Shown in pieces: positions 46,816 to 53,734 of a stretch of 53,734 bases of DNA. The stretch is from a virus. Lineage: Duplodnaviria > Caudoviricetes. The first letter of the stretch is position 1. Every line of letters starts with the position of its first letter. The notes beneath the pieces are model-generated. The model saw only the letters and a program-made list of their open reading frames with translations, was not told where the DNA came from and ran no database searches. The DNA lies in the IMG/VR virus record IMGVR_UViG_3300037245_000991, positions 1 to 53,734 of that record; one strand, written 5' to 3'. Both the position numbers and the translations under genes were made by a program.

Positions 46816-47534
46816 TAGATTGCCTCGTACCAAATTTGATTATTGCCCGCCACTACCAACCGTTTTATCACGGCGGTTGGTTGGCTTATGTCAACTGTCT
46901 CTGACCCTAGCGATGAGGGGCCGACTGTACTCTGGGCTGCTATCGTCCCCGACAATTCGACGCCACCCCCTATTGACAAATTAGCATTTTCAACTACACT
47001 TTGTGCTGCAATGGTTCCAGATAATTCTGTGTAGTCAACTCCCGCTGAACTTGAAGCATATATACCTCTCACCCATGTTGCTTCGTTACTTCCAGCATCC
47101 CACGGATTAGGCAAAGCAGTGCTTGGAGTATGTGTACTAACACGGTCGGCAGTAATACTATAATCTGTTTCGGTAATTGTGTCAGTGTCGTCAACTTGTA
47201 TTGCTATCCAATAAGTTGTTCCTGGTGTAACTGCCCAATTGACTGAAACAATTTTCCAACCAGCATCAGTACCTTTTGCATTGACATTGTCTACAAAAAG
47301 ACGGGCGTCTGGTTTGTCATTTCCAACGTGATGACTATAAAGACCAACTTCAAAATTAGCCTCTTCTGTGTTATTATTACACCACCAGCCTATTTCTAAA
47401 ATAGTTGTAACACCGCCAGGAACCACATCTTTTACGGCCATATCATAGGCGTCTATAATAGTAAGTGTTCCACCTGGGTCAGCAACCGGAGGTGTAGCAA
47501 CAAAACCACAATTTGTTCCTAATACGAGTGCCAT
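46815..47534 (-). CDS. Tail appendage protein B ending in KRLVVAGNNQIWYEAI
   Basis: Beta-sandwich N-domain (YWIA), two ELSGTIAAQS repeats, shared C-terminal motif. Confidence 0.7.
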   Translation of the reverse strand: MALVLGTNCGFVATPPVADPGGTLTIIDAYDMAVKDVVPGGVTTILEIGWWCNNNTEEANFEVGLYSHHVGNDKPDARLFVDNVNAKGTDAGWKIVSVNWAVTPGTTYWIAIQVDDTDTITETDYSITADRVSTHTPSTALPNPWDAGSNEATWVRGIYASSSAGVDYTELSGTIAAQSVVENANLSIGGGVELSGTIAAQSTVGPSSLGSETVDISQPTAVIKRLVVAGNNQIWYEAI

Positions 47535-47535
47535 A

Positions 47536-47931
47536 TTAGTCCAGCGTTATATCTAGTTCACCAATCCCAAATCTTGGAACTTGTGGAGATGTTATGACAC
47601 GAGAAGCGTCAAGAGTCCCGTGTGTCAACATATTTCCCCCAGATGAAGCGTCTGCCAAAAAGAAATGTGTCACAGTTCCCCACGCCCCGGACGCTTCTGG
47701 GAAAGTAACCACAGCAGCATTCGCAGTCGCTCCCCCAGACGCGGCATCCCAATCAGAACCTGATGTGGCAACACGAGCGTAGTTATTACCACTCGGTTCA
47801 GCGAGACCACTTGCATCATCAGTCGGGTCGGCAGTACTCAATCCTATATAAGCGGTCGGCTTGGTGAACGAAGTCTTGCCCGTGACGTGGTCAAGCACTT
47901 TGTTTTCTGTGTAGTTGTTGAAACTTCCCAT
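47536..47931 (-). CDS. Conserved small tail-fibre-associated protein
   Basis: ENKVLDH...YIGLSTADP...NYARV...VTFPEASGAWGTVTHF motif widespread in phage tail modules. Confidence 0.8.
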   Translation of the reverse strand: MGSFNNYTENKVLDHVTGKTSFTKPTAYIGLSTADPTDDASGLAEPSGNNYARVATSGSDWDAASGGATANAAVVTFPEASGAWGTVTHFFLADASSGGNMLTHGTLDASRVITSPQVPRFGIGELDITLD

Positions 47932-48945
47932 TTATATATCCTCATACCAAATTCGATTTTCGGCTGCGGCTACTAGTTTGCGATTTGTTGACACAAAATT
48001 GGCTTCGTATCCAGCGGCCAAGTACACGTAGTCAGTGTTCTCCACACCCACACCAGGAGGATCGCCATACGTACCGTCGTCTTGGATCAGGAGACGATAG
48101 TATCGTCCTGTTGTCGGGTAGAAATAGTTCACACCAACAGGGGTAAATCGGATTGTGACAAATGACCATTCATCTCCAGTTGTGGTTCCAACTACATTCG
48201 TGGAGTCAACACGCCAGTATCGTGTTGACAGATAGGAGTATGGGGCACCATCAGTGATTCCAGTTACAGTAAACGAGGTTCCTGCCTGGGCTGAGGATAC
48301 GAGGGAGAGACTCCCAGACGTCGTCCCGTAGTACACGTTGTATGTATCAGCACCACCACCGTCTGTCCAGGCTATCGTTGCTTGATCGAGGGTGACAGAC
48401 GTGTTGGCGTTAGTCGGCAAGGGAGTGTTGGCTTTAGTGGGGGCACCTTCAGTAGCCCTGATGCTTATTGTTATTGTTTCTGGTGAAGCCCCTGATAATC
48501 TACCTAATTTAAGATTTACTGCTGTGATTGTGTATGATGATGTAGCAGTAAAAGTTTGTGCTGTCCACTGTGTATCATAAGAAATAGAAGAAGCCCCTGC
48601 CCAAACTGGGTTGTAGCTGTCTCTCAACACATTAAAACCAGCACTAGTATATGTTTTGAACCAACAATCCTCGGCATCGCCCGACCAAGAAGAACCACTA
48701 TTACTACTGAGAAATCTTTGTCCACCAGCATAGTCACCTGGCGATTTCATTTGACACAAGCAGGCATTACTAAACCCTACGCCAGCAGATCGAATAACTA
48801 TCGCATATACAACACCAGAGGTCAATGCAGTTCCTGCGCCAAAAGTTATTTTAGTATCCTGGGGTTCTGCTGGAGCTTGTGGTAAACCGTTACCGGCTGT
48901 TGTACCACTCGCTAAATCTCCGCCTGTTGGATCACCTGCTGCCAT
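47932..48945 (-). CDS. Tail appendage protein A ending in RKLVAAAENRIWYEDI
   Basis: AQTFT beta-sandwich plus FN3-like YNVYYGT...YWRVD...WSF domain; shared C-terminal motif. Confidence 0.7.
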   Translation of the reverse strand: MAAGDPTGGDLASGTTAGNGLPQAPAEPQDTKITFGAGTALTSGVVYAIVIRSAGVGFSNACLCQMKSPGDYAGGQRFLSSNSGSSWSGDAEDCWFKTYTSAGFNVLRDSYNPVWAGASSISYDTQWTAQTFTATSSYTITAVNLKLGRLSGASPETITISIRATEGAPTKANTPLPTNANTSVTLDQATIAWTDGGGADTYNVYYGTTSGSLSLVSSAQAGTSFTVTGITDGAPYSYLSTRYWRVDSTNVVGTTTGDEWSFVTIRFTPVGVNYFYPTTGRYYRLLIQDDGTYGDPPGVGVENTDYVYLAAGYEANFVSTNRKLVAAAENRIWYEDI

Positions 48946-48957
48946 TCCGCCACTCTC

Positions 48958-49185
48958 CTACAATATCGCTGCCACGACGACCATCGCAACGACAGGCTGT
49001 TCACTTGAACCGATCTGAGTCCCCGCCCCCCATTTCTCAAGTCCCGGCCTTTGTCCCAGCCGGAGTCTTCGTTCGAGGGTGTCGATTGGTCTCACGTTGT
49101 TCGTGTACCCAGACGTAGTGGGCGGTTCCTTATCGACAGGAAGCCCCTTTGATACACCTTTGATCGGGGGAGTGAGTTCTAAAAT
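48958..49185 (-). CDS. Unannotated 75-aa ORF resembling a nozzle N-terminus, non-canonical ATT start
   Basis: Manual translation ILELTPPIKGVSKGLP...NNVRPIDTLERRLRLGQRPGLEKW...; AGGAG 7 nt upstream of ATT; fills the gap exactly. Confidence 0.65.
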   Translation of the reverse strand: MLELTPPIKGVSKGLPVDKEPPTTSGYTNNVRPIDTLERRLRLGQRPGLEKWGAGTQIGSSEQPVVAMVVVAAIL

Positions 49186-49187
49186 GA

Positions 49188-49691
49188 TTATTCTCCTAAT
49201 GAAAAAGTATAAACGTTTCTAATGTGGGATAAAAACTGTGAGACAGTCAGTTGGTGTTTCATCATATTACATGTAGAGCAGCACGGCACACAATTTTCCA
49301 TTGTGTATCCCAGAGAATTGTCGGTTCGATCTACCCCGTTAAATTTCAGACCAAAATCTCGTGCGTACCCACGATACTTGTTTGTTGGCTCGATGCCACA
49401 ATAGAAACAGTTTCTACGAGTCAAGTCATCAAATTGTTTTCGGGTTAAATCAAAAGTGTAATGCCTATTGTGAGCCGCTTTGCTATAACTACGAAACAAC
49501 TGTTTCCTTGCTGCTTGATGATCTGGCAATTTGCGAGTGCCGCAATTGCCCGGCTGTAATCCGAGCTTTTTTGCCTTGCTTTGAACCGCCGCGTAACTGC
49601 GATTCAATAACTTTGCCGTTTCAGCGAGTCCCAGGGGCTTGTATTTTTCTTCTAACAGTTCAACTTCCTTTTTAGACCACGGCGATCCCAT
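49188..49691 (-). CDS. HNH endonuclease with N-terminal Myb/HTH-like domain
   Basis: WSKKEVELL...LNRSYAAVQSKA; CFYCG...GVDRTDNSLGY...NCVPCCSTCNMMK. Confidence 0.88.
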   Translation of the reverse strand: MGSPWSKKEVELLEEKYKPLGLAETAKLLNRSYAAVQSKAKKLGLQPGNCGTRKLPDHQAARKQLFRSYSKAAHNRHYTFDLTRKQFDDLTRRNCFYCGIEPTNKYRGYARDFGLKFNGVDRTDNSLGYTMENCVPCCSTCNMMKHQLTVSQFLSHIRNVYTFSLGE

Positions 49692-49921
49692 CAGTCTTTC
49701 ATCCCTATCGCTTTTCTTTCTTTGCGTCTGAGATGTGCCGTGGCCGTAGTACTACCTGTGGCACCACCATAAGATGTTCTGCGACCACTACGTTCCCAGT
49801 GATACCGTGTCATTGGCTGTCGATCAGTACCAGTTCGTTTATTGTATTTGGATACATAGTCCAGATACTCTTTGTTGGTTTTGGTTTTTCTTTTAAGGCG
49901 TTTGGTTCGTACTGTAGCCAT
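49691..49921 (-). CDS. Small very basic protein
   Basis: K/R-rich 76 aa, coupled at both ends. Confidence 0.6.
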   Translation of the reverse strand: MATVRTKRLKRKTKTNKEYLDYVSKYNKRTGTDRQPMTRYHWERSGRRTSYGGATGSTTATAHLRRKERKAIGMKD

Positions 49922-50013
49922 TAGTACACCTTCGCTTTCTTACGCCTGAGTACTTTCTTCTTCATCTTACTCTTCGGTTTGATTTTCGGTCTATAGTCTG
50001 AAGTTTCTGGCAT
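49921..50013 (-). CDS. 30-aa Lys/Arg-rich peptide
   Basis: Manual translation MPETSDYRPKIKPKSKMKKKVLRRKKAKVY; RBS TAAGGAG; TAATG coupling. Confidence 0.6.
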   Translation of the reverse strand: MPETSDYRPKIKPKSKMKKKVLRRKKAKVY

Positions 50014-50030
50014 GTCATACTCCTTACTCG

Positions 50031-50543
50031 TTAAGCCCAATTCTTTTGTTCATAAATCCAGCATACATCTACATAAACAGTTGTGCTGTCAAGGTCACTG
50101 GCAATGATAATGAATCTGTCATTACCAAGTGTTCGCATGTAGTAGGTGCCTATCATATTGGTCAAACTACTTTCGGTGCCCTCGAACAGAACGTCTTCAC
50201 TAGCCGGAGTGATCGTGTCGATGAAGTGAATCGTTGACGTGTCGGTATCCTGTGTGCCAGTGACTATTGTGAGTTGTGCGTTTCTGTTGTAGTGATCCCC
50301 TGCTCCTCTGGCATTATACATCTGAAGAATTGAATCCAGATCAGCCGCCCCGTCCGCCCGGAACCGCAACAACATAGCATACGGTCCAGGCAGAGGAGGA
50401 GTGAGTTTGACTGTCTTGGCTGCGGCGAGAGCATCAACAGTAACGACGTCCCGACCTGTCACCGCCAAAGCGGCGGTTTCACTTGTGATTGATCCCGCAA
50501 CGTTCCATTTGGCGGGGAAACTGATTAAATTTTGACCACGCAT
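50031..50543 (-). CDS. Virion structural protein (hypothetical)
   Basis: Start reassigned to MRGQ behind AGGAG; beta-rich. Confidence 0.6.
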   Translation of the reverse strand: MRGQNLISFPAKWNVAGSITSETAALAVTGRDVVTVDALAAAKTVKLTPPLPGPYAMLLRFRADGAADLDSILQMYNARGAGDHYNRNAQLTIVTGTQDTDTSTIHFIDTITPASEDVLFEGTESSLTNMIGTYYMRTLGNDRFIIIASDLDSTTVYVDVCWIYEQKNWA

Positions 50544-50572
50544 GTCATTTCTCCTCTTTACGTTATAGTCTT

Positions 50573-50947
50573 TTATGTAGCCGAAGACGAGATTAAACAC
50601 CAACCGATTGTGGCTCCATGCCACTCGAAGCGGTTGTATCCACCGGCTGCGGTGAGTTGAGTTCCGTTATCACCAGTAGTGGTAGTGACGTCTACCGTGT
50701 CAGTGCCACCCTCTACTTCTAGCAGGACGTCGAGCTTCTGTGCGTAGTAGGTGCCATCGGGGACTGTGATCGTCATATCAAAGGTGCTGGTCGTAGTGAC
50801 ACGGATAAAACGATCCTGGATAAAATTATCTGGCGACCCACCCATTCGAGCCGTATATGTTACCTCACCTGACGCCGTGACGAGAGCCACTGTCCGAAGA
50901 TCGTGGGCTTTACGTTTTGTTTCAAACCAATTGACTGCGGTTGCCAT
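50573..50947 (-). CDS. Virion structural protein (hypothetical)
   Basis: RBS AGGAG/AAGG; T-rich beta protein. Confidence 0.6.
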   Translation of the reverse strand: MATAVNWFETKRKAHDLRTVALVTASGEVTYTARMGGSPDNFIQDRFIRVTTTSTFDMTITVPDGTYYAQKLDVLLEVEGGTDTVDVTTTTGDNGTQLTAAGGYNRFEWHGATIGWCLISSSAT

Positions 50948-50993
50948 GTCCTTACTCCTAATAACTGGTTAATTTGGTGGCCACCTTTGGGCC

Positions 50994-51785
50994 TTATCCT
51001 TGACTGTAAATATCACTCTGATCCACATAAGCGAATCGTGTACACGGTCCACCTCCAGCATTCTCATCCAATCCGAGGCCCTTCCTTGTATAAAGGTTGC
51101 CTATCGTGCCTGTGTCTGCTTTGCCTGAATCAAACCGGATCGCGGTCTGAATCAACCGAGCTGCTTCCTGTTGGTGATGTGTGGACGTGTTGTCCTCTTC
51201 CTGGGTCTCGGCCACGGCCAGACATGATTCCAGGATCGCTTCGATGGCCATAATCCCACCGATCATCAGATCAGTGGTTGCCGCCAGCTTAACAGGATCA
51301 ATACGGTAGAAGCAGCTAAACGTATACTTCTGACTGGGGTTTGGGTAGAGCCACAATTCGTAAGTAGTCCCGATCTCGATGTCATATCGCTGGGGGATGA
51401 CGGCGTAGTATAAGGGCCATCCACTTGTGATCGTGTAGCTCCTCATCTCCTTGATCTGCTGTGCGCTTCGTTTGCGTGGGGGTCGCAGTGCTTGGCTGTC
51501 GTTGTGTGAGAGATCAGTGAGCATATCAGAGAAGTCCACAGGAAGCGAATATTTCCACTGTCCATTGACCGTGCTGAACGACCAATACTGCTCGATGAAT
51601 GACCACTCATGGGGTGTACCATATTTCATATCCATCGGATAGAGGAACTGGCGGATGCCACGATCAACGAGGTTTTTACACGTCGTTAGGTTGGTCCCTG
51701 TTGGGGCCGTACCATTGGGTGTAAGAGCAAGGAAGTTAGAGACTCGCGTGTATAGGTCAGCGTATGAGAGTGTGAGTTTGGCCAT
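50994..51785 (-). CDS. Head-tail adaptor (tubular protein A/gp4-like)
   Basis: HEWSF, YSLPVDF and LWLYPNP...Y motifs of podovirus adaptors; start at MAKLT behind AAGGA. Confidence 0.75.
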   Translation of the reverse strand: MAKLTLSYADLYTRVSNFLALTPNGTAPTGTNLTTCKNLVDRGIRQFLYPMDMKYGTPHEWSFIEQYWSFSTVNGQWKYSLPVDFSDMLTDLSHNDSQALRPPRKRSAQQIKEMRSYTITSGWPLYYAVIPQRYDIEIGTTYELWLYPNPSQKYTFSCFYRIDPVKLAATTDLMIGGIMAIEAILESCLAVAETQEEDNTSTHHQQEAARLIQTAIRFDSGKADTGTIGNLYTRKGLGLDENAGGGPCTRFAYVDQSDIYSQG

Positions 51786-51848
51786 TGTCATTCCTTATCT
51801 TGATGCCAGCCGGGTAGTCCGCACCGGCCAACATCAGGAGACAGAGTC

Positions 51849-52028
51849 TTATTTCTTGTTGCCGTCTGATTCTTTTTTCTTGGGTTTGGCTTCTTTCGCA
51901 GTGTTATCCTGAACCGTAGCTGCTGTCACTACCTGCATCGACTGTTGTAATACCACATGATCTGTTCGTGTGCCTTTGAACTCAGAACACACCTGATCCA
52001 GATTACCTAATGCTTCTTTAACTTCCAT
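51849..52028 (-). CDS. Small hypothetical protein, 59 aa (right copy)
   Basis: MEVKEALGNLDQVCSEFKG..., homolog of 815..985. Confidence 0.75.
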   Translation of the reverse strand: MEVKEALGNLDQVCSEFKGTRTDHVVLQQSMQVVTAATVQDNTAKEAKPKKKESDGNKK

Positions 52029-52045
52029 TTCCTGTCTCCTTAAAA

Positions 52046-52070
52046 TGGGGAGAGCCGAATTGCTCTCCCC
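52046..52070 (-). terminator. Rho-independent terminator (right copy)
   Basis: GGGGAGAGC-loop-GCTCTCCCC. Confidence 0.7.
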
Positions 52071-52082
52071 GTGTTCATCTGA

Positions 52083-52904
52083 TTAACCGTGGTCCGCCAT
52101 CATAAACAGAGGACCGTTGCCGCCAATACTGCCCGCTATGGCGTATCCAGCGATCTGTGAAGAGTTCGCGGCGACTACAGAGACGCCCAACGCAGTTTCT
52201 ATATCAGAAACGTTACCGTAATCGTGCCACCAACCACTCGCCAATCCACCGGAATTGCCGAAACTACCCTGCGGAATAGGCCAACAGATTCCCTTGGTCT
52301 GTAGCCAGAAGTAATTGGCCGCAGCCGAAACTATGGTAGTGGGAACACCAGCCTTTACCTGATCTCGCAAGAGGGACTCAACCATAACACTCCAGGGGTT
52401 CTGATAAACCTCTGATATATGAGTACCTGCCACGATGGCCTGGTTAAGTTGGCCATCCAACTGGATGGTGAACGCTGCCCCATTATCAGCAGCGTTATTA
52501 CCAACGATTCCTCTGAGTGTAGTGTTGTAGTCCGTAGCACCATCCATGATAATCACATACCCACCACGCAAGAAATCAGCAGTCAGGGCATCGTGTGTGC
52601 CAGCCGCAATCGTAATTTCAGTTGAGCCAGCATCGTGGGATGTGGCGAACGCAGTGTACCCCAAATAACCACTGTCAGAGAAAGAGCACGCCCTTGACGC
52701 ATAGAGAGCAGTAGCCCCAGTAGATTTGGCGTACCGATACTCCCTGCCGTCTGCCAATACAAGGCGATCACCAATGTCGAACTCCTTATCCTTGGTAGTC
52801 GTAGGAGTCACATACAAGAAGTTAATATTGGGCACCTGTGTTTCGTAAATACCCTTCTTGAGGGTATCGTCAAAGTGCTTTGTGTAAGCAAAACCTTTAG
52901 CCAT
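52083..52904 (-). CDS. Capsid decoration/minor capsid protein (right copy)
   Basis: 273 aa; 8 substitutions vs 1039..1860 by my count. Confidence 0.6.
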   Translation of the reverse strand: MAKGFAYTKHFDDTLKKGIYETQVPNINFLYVTPTTTKDKEFDIGDRLVLADGREYRYAKSTGATALYASRACSFSDSGYLGYTAFATSHDAGSTEITIAAGTHDALTADFLRGGYVIIMDGATDYNTTLRGIVGNNAADNGAAFTIQLDGQLNQAIVAGTHISEVYQNPWSVMVESLLRDQVKAGVPTTIVSAAANYFWLQTKGICWPIPQGSFGNSGGLASGWWHDYGNVSDIETALGVSVVAANSSQIAGYAIAGSIGGNGPLFMMADHG

Positions 52905-52936
52905 TTTTCTATTCCTTAAAAAGTGTTGTCAATCGC

Positions 52937-53734
52937 TTACGAACTCGGGTGTTGGCTGACCAAGAACCCGGCGTTCTGTGGGTCGTTGCACCACATCTGA
53001 TACCGGATGTAGATGAGTCGCTGCATCACAACGGCACGAGTCGGATCAGTACCAGTGAGTTCTTTGAAGTTCCAGTTTGAGTCAACAATCGGGAAGAGGT
53101 TGCTATGGTTTATCCCGAAAATCGGATCAGTGCCATACAGTGACGTGCGGGCCTCATCAAAGAGATCGACATACGCGAGTGGGATGCTCCTAAACGTGGG
53201 CGTACCCCAATGCGAATCTTCACGATACCCCATTTGATCGTCGGCCTTCGCGTAGAACGAATTCAATTTAGCGATCACGTTATCAGAGGTGTACATCGAG
53301 AAGTCGAGCAAACCGTTCTTGCCCTGGCTCGGGTCCATCGGCACAACAGGAGCCTGGAACCCGGTCTTGCGCACAGCACGATCTAACAGCGTGAGCAGAG
53401 ACTCATCAATGTTGCCAAGGTGGTCGGCGTAGTAACTCGCCCACCCAGTGTTGTTCGACGCAGACGAGTTCAACCCTGCTGTATCATAAGCCGTGCCGGG
53501 GGTGCTGCCGTCATTGTAACGAGACTGATAACCAGTCCAACCACCAGTACTTGAGGCAGTGCCAACTCGGAGCCAAGTGTTAAGCGAGTTCGGGCTGAGA
53601 GAATCGTTTGCACTAGTAGGCCCAGTAACCATCGAAAGATAAACACCTTCGAGGATGTCCTTCATCGCAGAGCGATACTGAGACGCGAGTACGTCGTAAA
53701 TCTTCTGGGCACCACTGTTGAGCGACGTTTCCAT
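52937..53734 (-). CDS. Major capsid protein, 3' part (right copy, truncated by window edge)
   Basis: Matches residues 101-365 of 1893..2990 with about 10 conservative substitutions. Confidence 0.8.
   Translation of the reverse strand: METSLNSGAQKIYDVLASQYRSAMKDILEGVYLSMVTGPTSANDSLSPNSLNTWLRVGTASSTGGWTGYQSRYNDGSTPGTAYDTAGLNSSASNNTGWASYYADHLGNIDESLLTLLDRAVRKTGFQAPVVPMDPSQGKNGLLDFSMYTSDNVIAKLNSFYAKADDQMGYREDSHWGTPTFRSIPLAYVDLFDEARTSLYGTDPIFGINHSNLFPIVDSNWNFKELTGTDPTRAVVMQRLIYIRYQMWCNDPQNAGFLVSQHPSS

Larger units (their letters stand above)
51544..53734. repeat. Right copy of the diverged direct repeat
   Basis: Homologous to 1..2690 minus the HNH gene; offset 51044 bp at the capsid genes. Confidence 0.95.

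Noticed and set aside
46815-46845. Programmed -1 frameshift fusing appendage B to the nozzle
   Set aside because: AAATTTG is present but not in the X XXY YYZ phase of the upstream frame; TAATG coupling with a GAGG RBS explains the junction.
5275-48885. Numerous 60-200 aa ORFs antisense to or nested in long genes
   Set aside because: No RBS or motifs; they are shadows of well-supported genes on the other strand or frame.
1-53734. Integrase/att sites, CRISPR array, tRNA or rRNA genes, alternative genetic code
   Set aside because: No recombinase motifs, regularly spaced repeats or cloverleafs were recognised by eye, and core genes are intact under the standard code. A tRNA scan was not run.

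Overview
The window is essentially one complete, circularly permuted genome (~51 kb unit) of an uncultured tailed dsDNA phage. It is podovirus-like: adaptor, nozzle and ejection-type proteins are present and no tape measure is visible. Late genes run on the minus strand from ~11.8 kb leftwards (SPFH, protease, terminases, portal, scaffold, capsid) and continue from 53.7 kb down to 38.2 kb (adaptor, tail, ejection proteins). Early and replication genes run on the plus strand from 12.4 to 38.0 kb (many small ORFs, RecG-like helicase, nucleotide-pool enzymes, PolA, VRR-NUC, exonuclease/AAA/SSB recombination trio, primase-helicase). The two ends (1-2690 and 51544-53734) are homologous but diverged copies of the capsid-adaptor region, and only the left copy carries an HNH gene, which has taken over the adaptor's start. 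The most striking candidate novelty is a tail nozzle gene apparently split into pieces, with two different upstream appendage genes ending in the same motif ([KR][KR]LVxAxxNxIWYExI), which may act as an interchangeable docking strand. Other observations are paralogous early genes sharing short identical DNA boxes, long intergenic RNA hairpins, Zn-finger insertions in three replication enzymes, a Tat-signal protein and no recognisable endolysin or integrase. All product calls come from motif recognition by eye; no searches were run.
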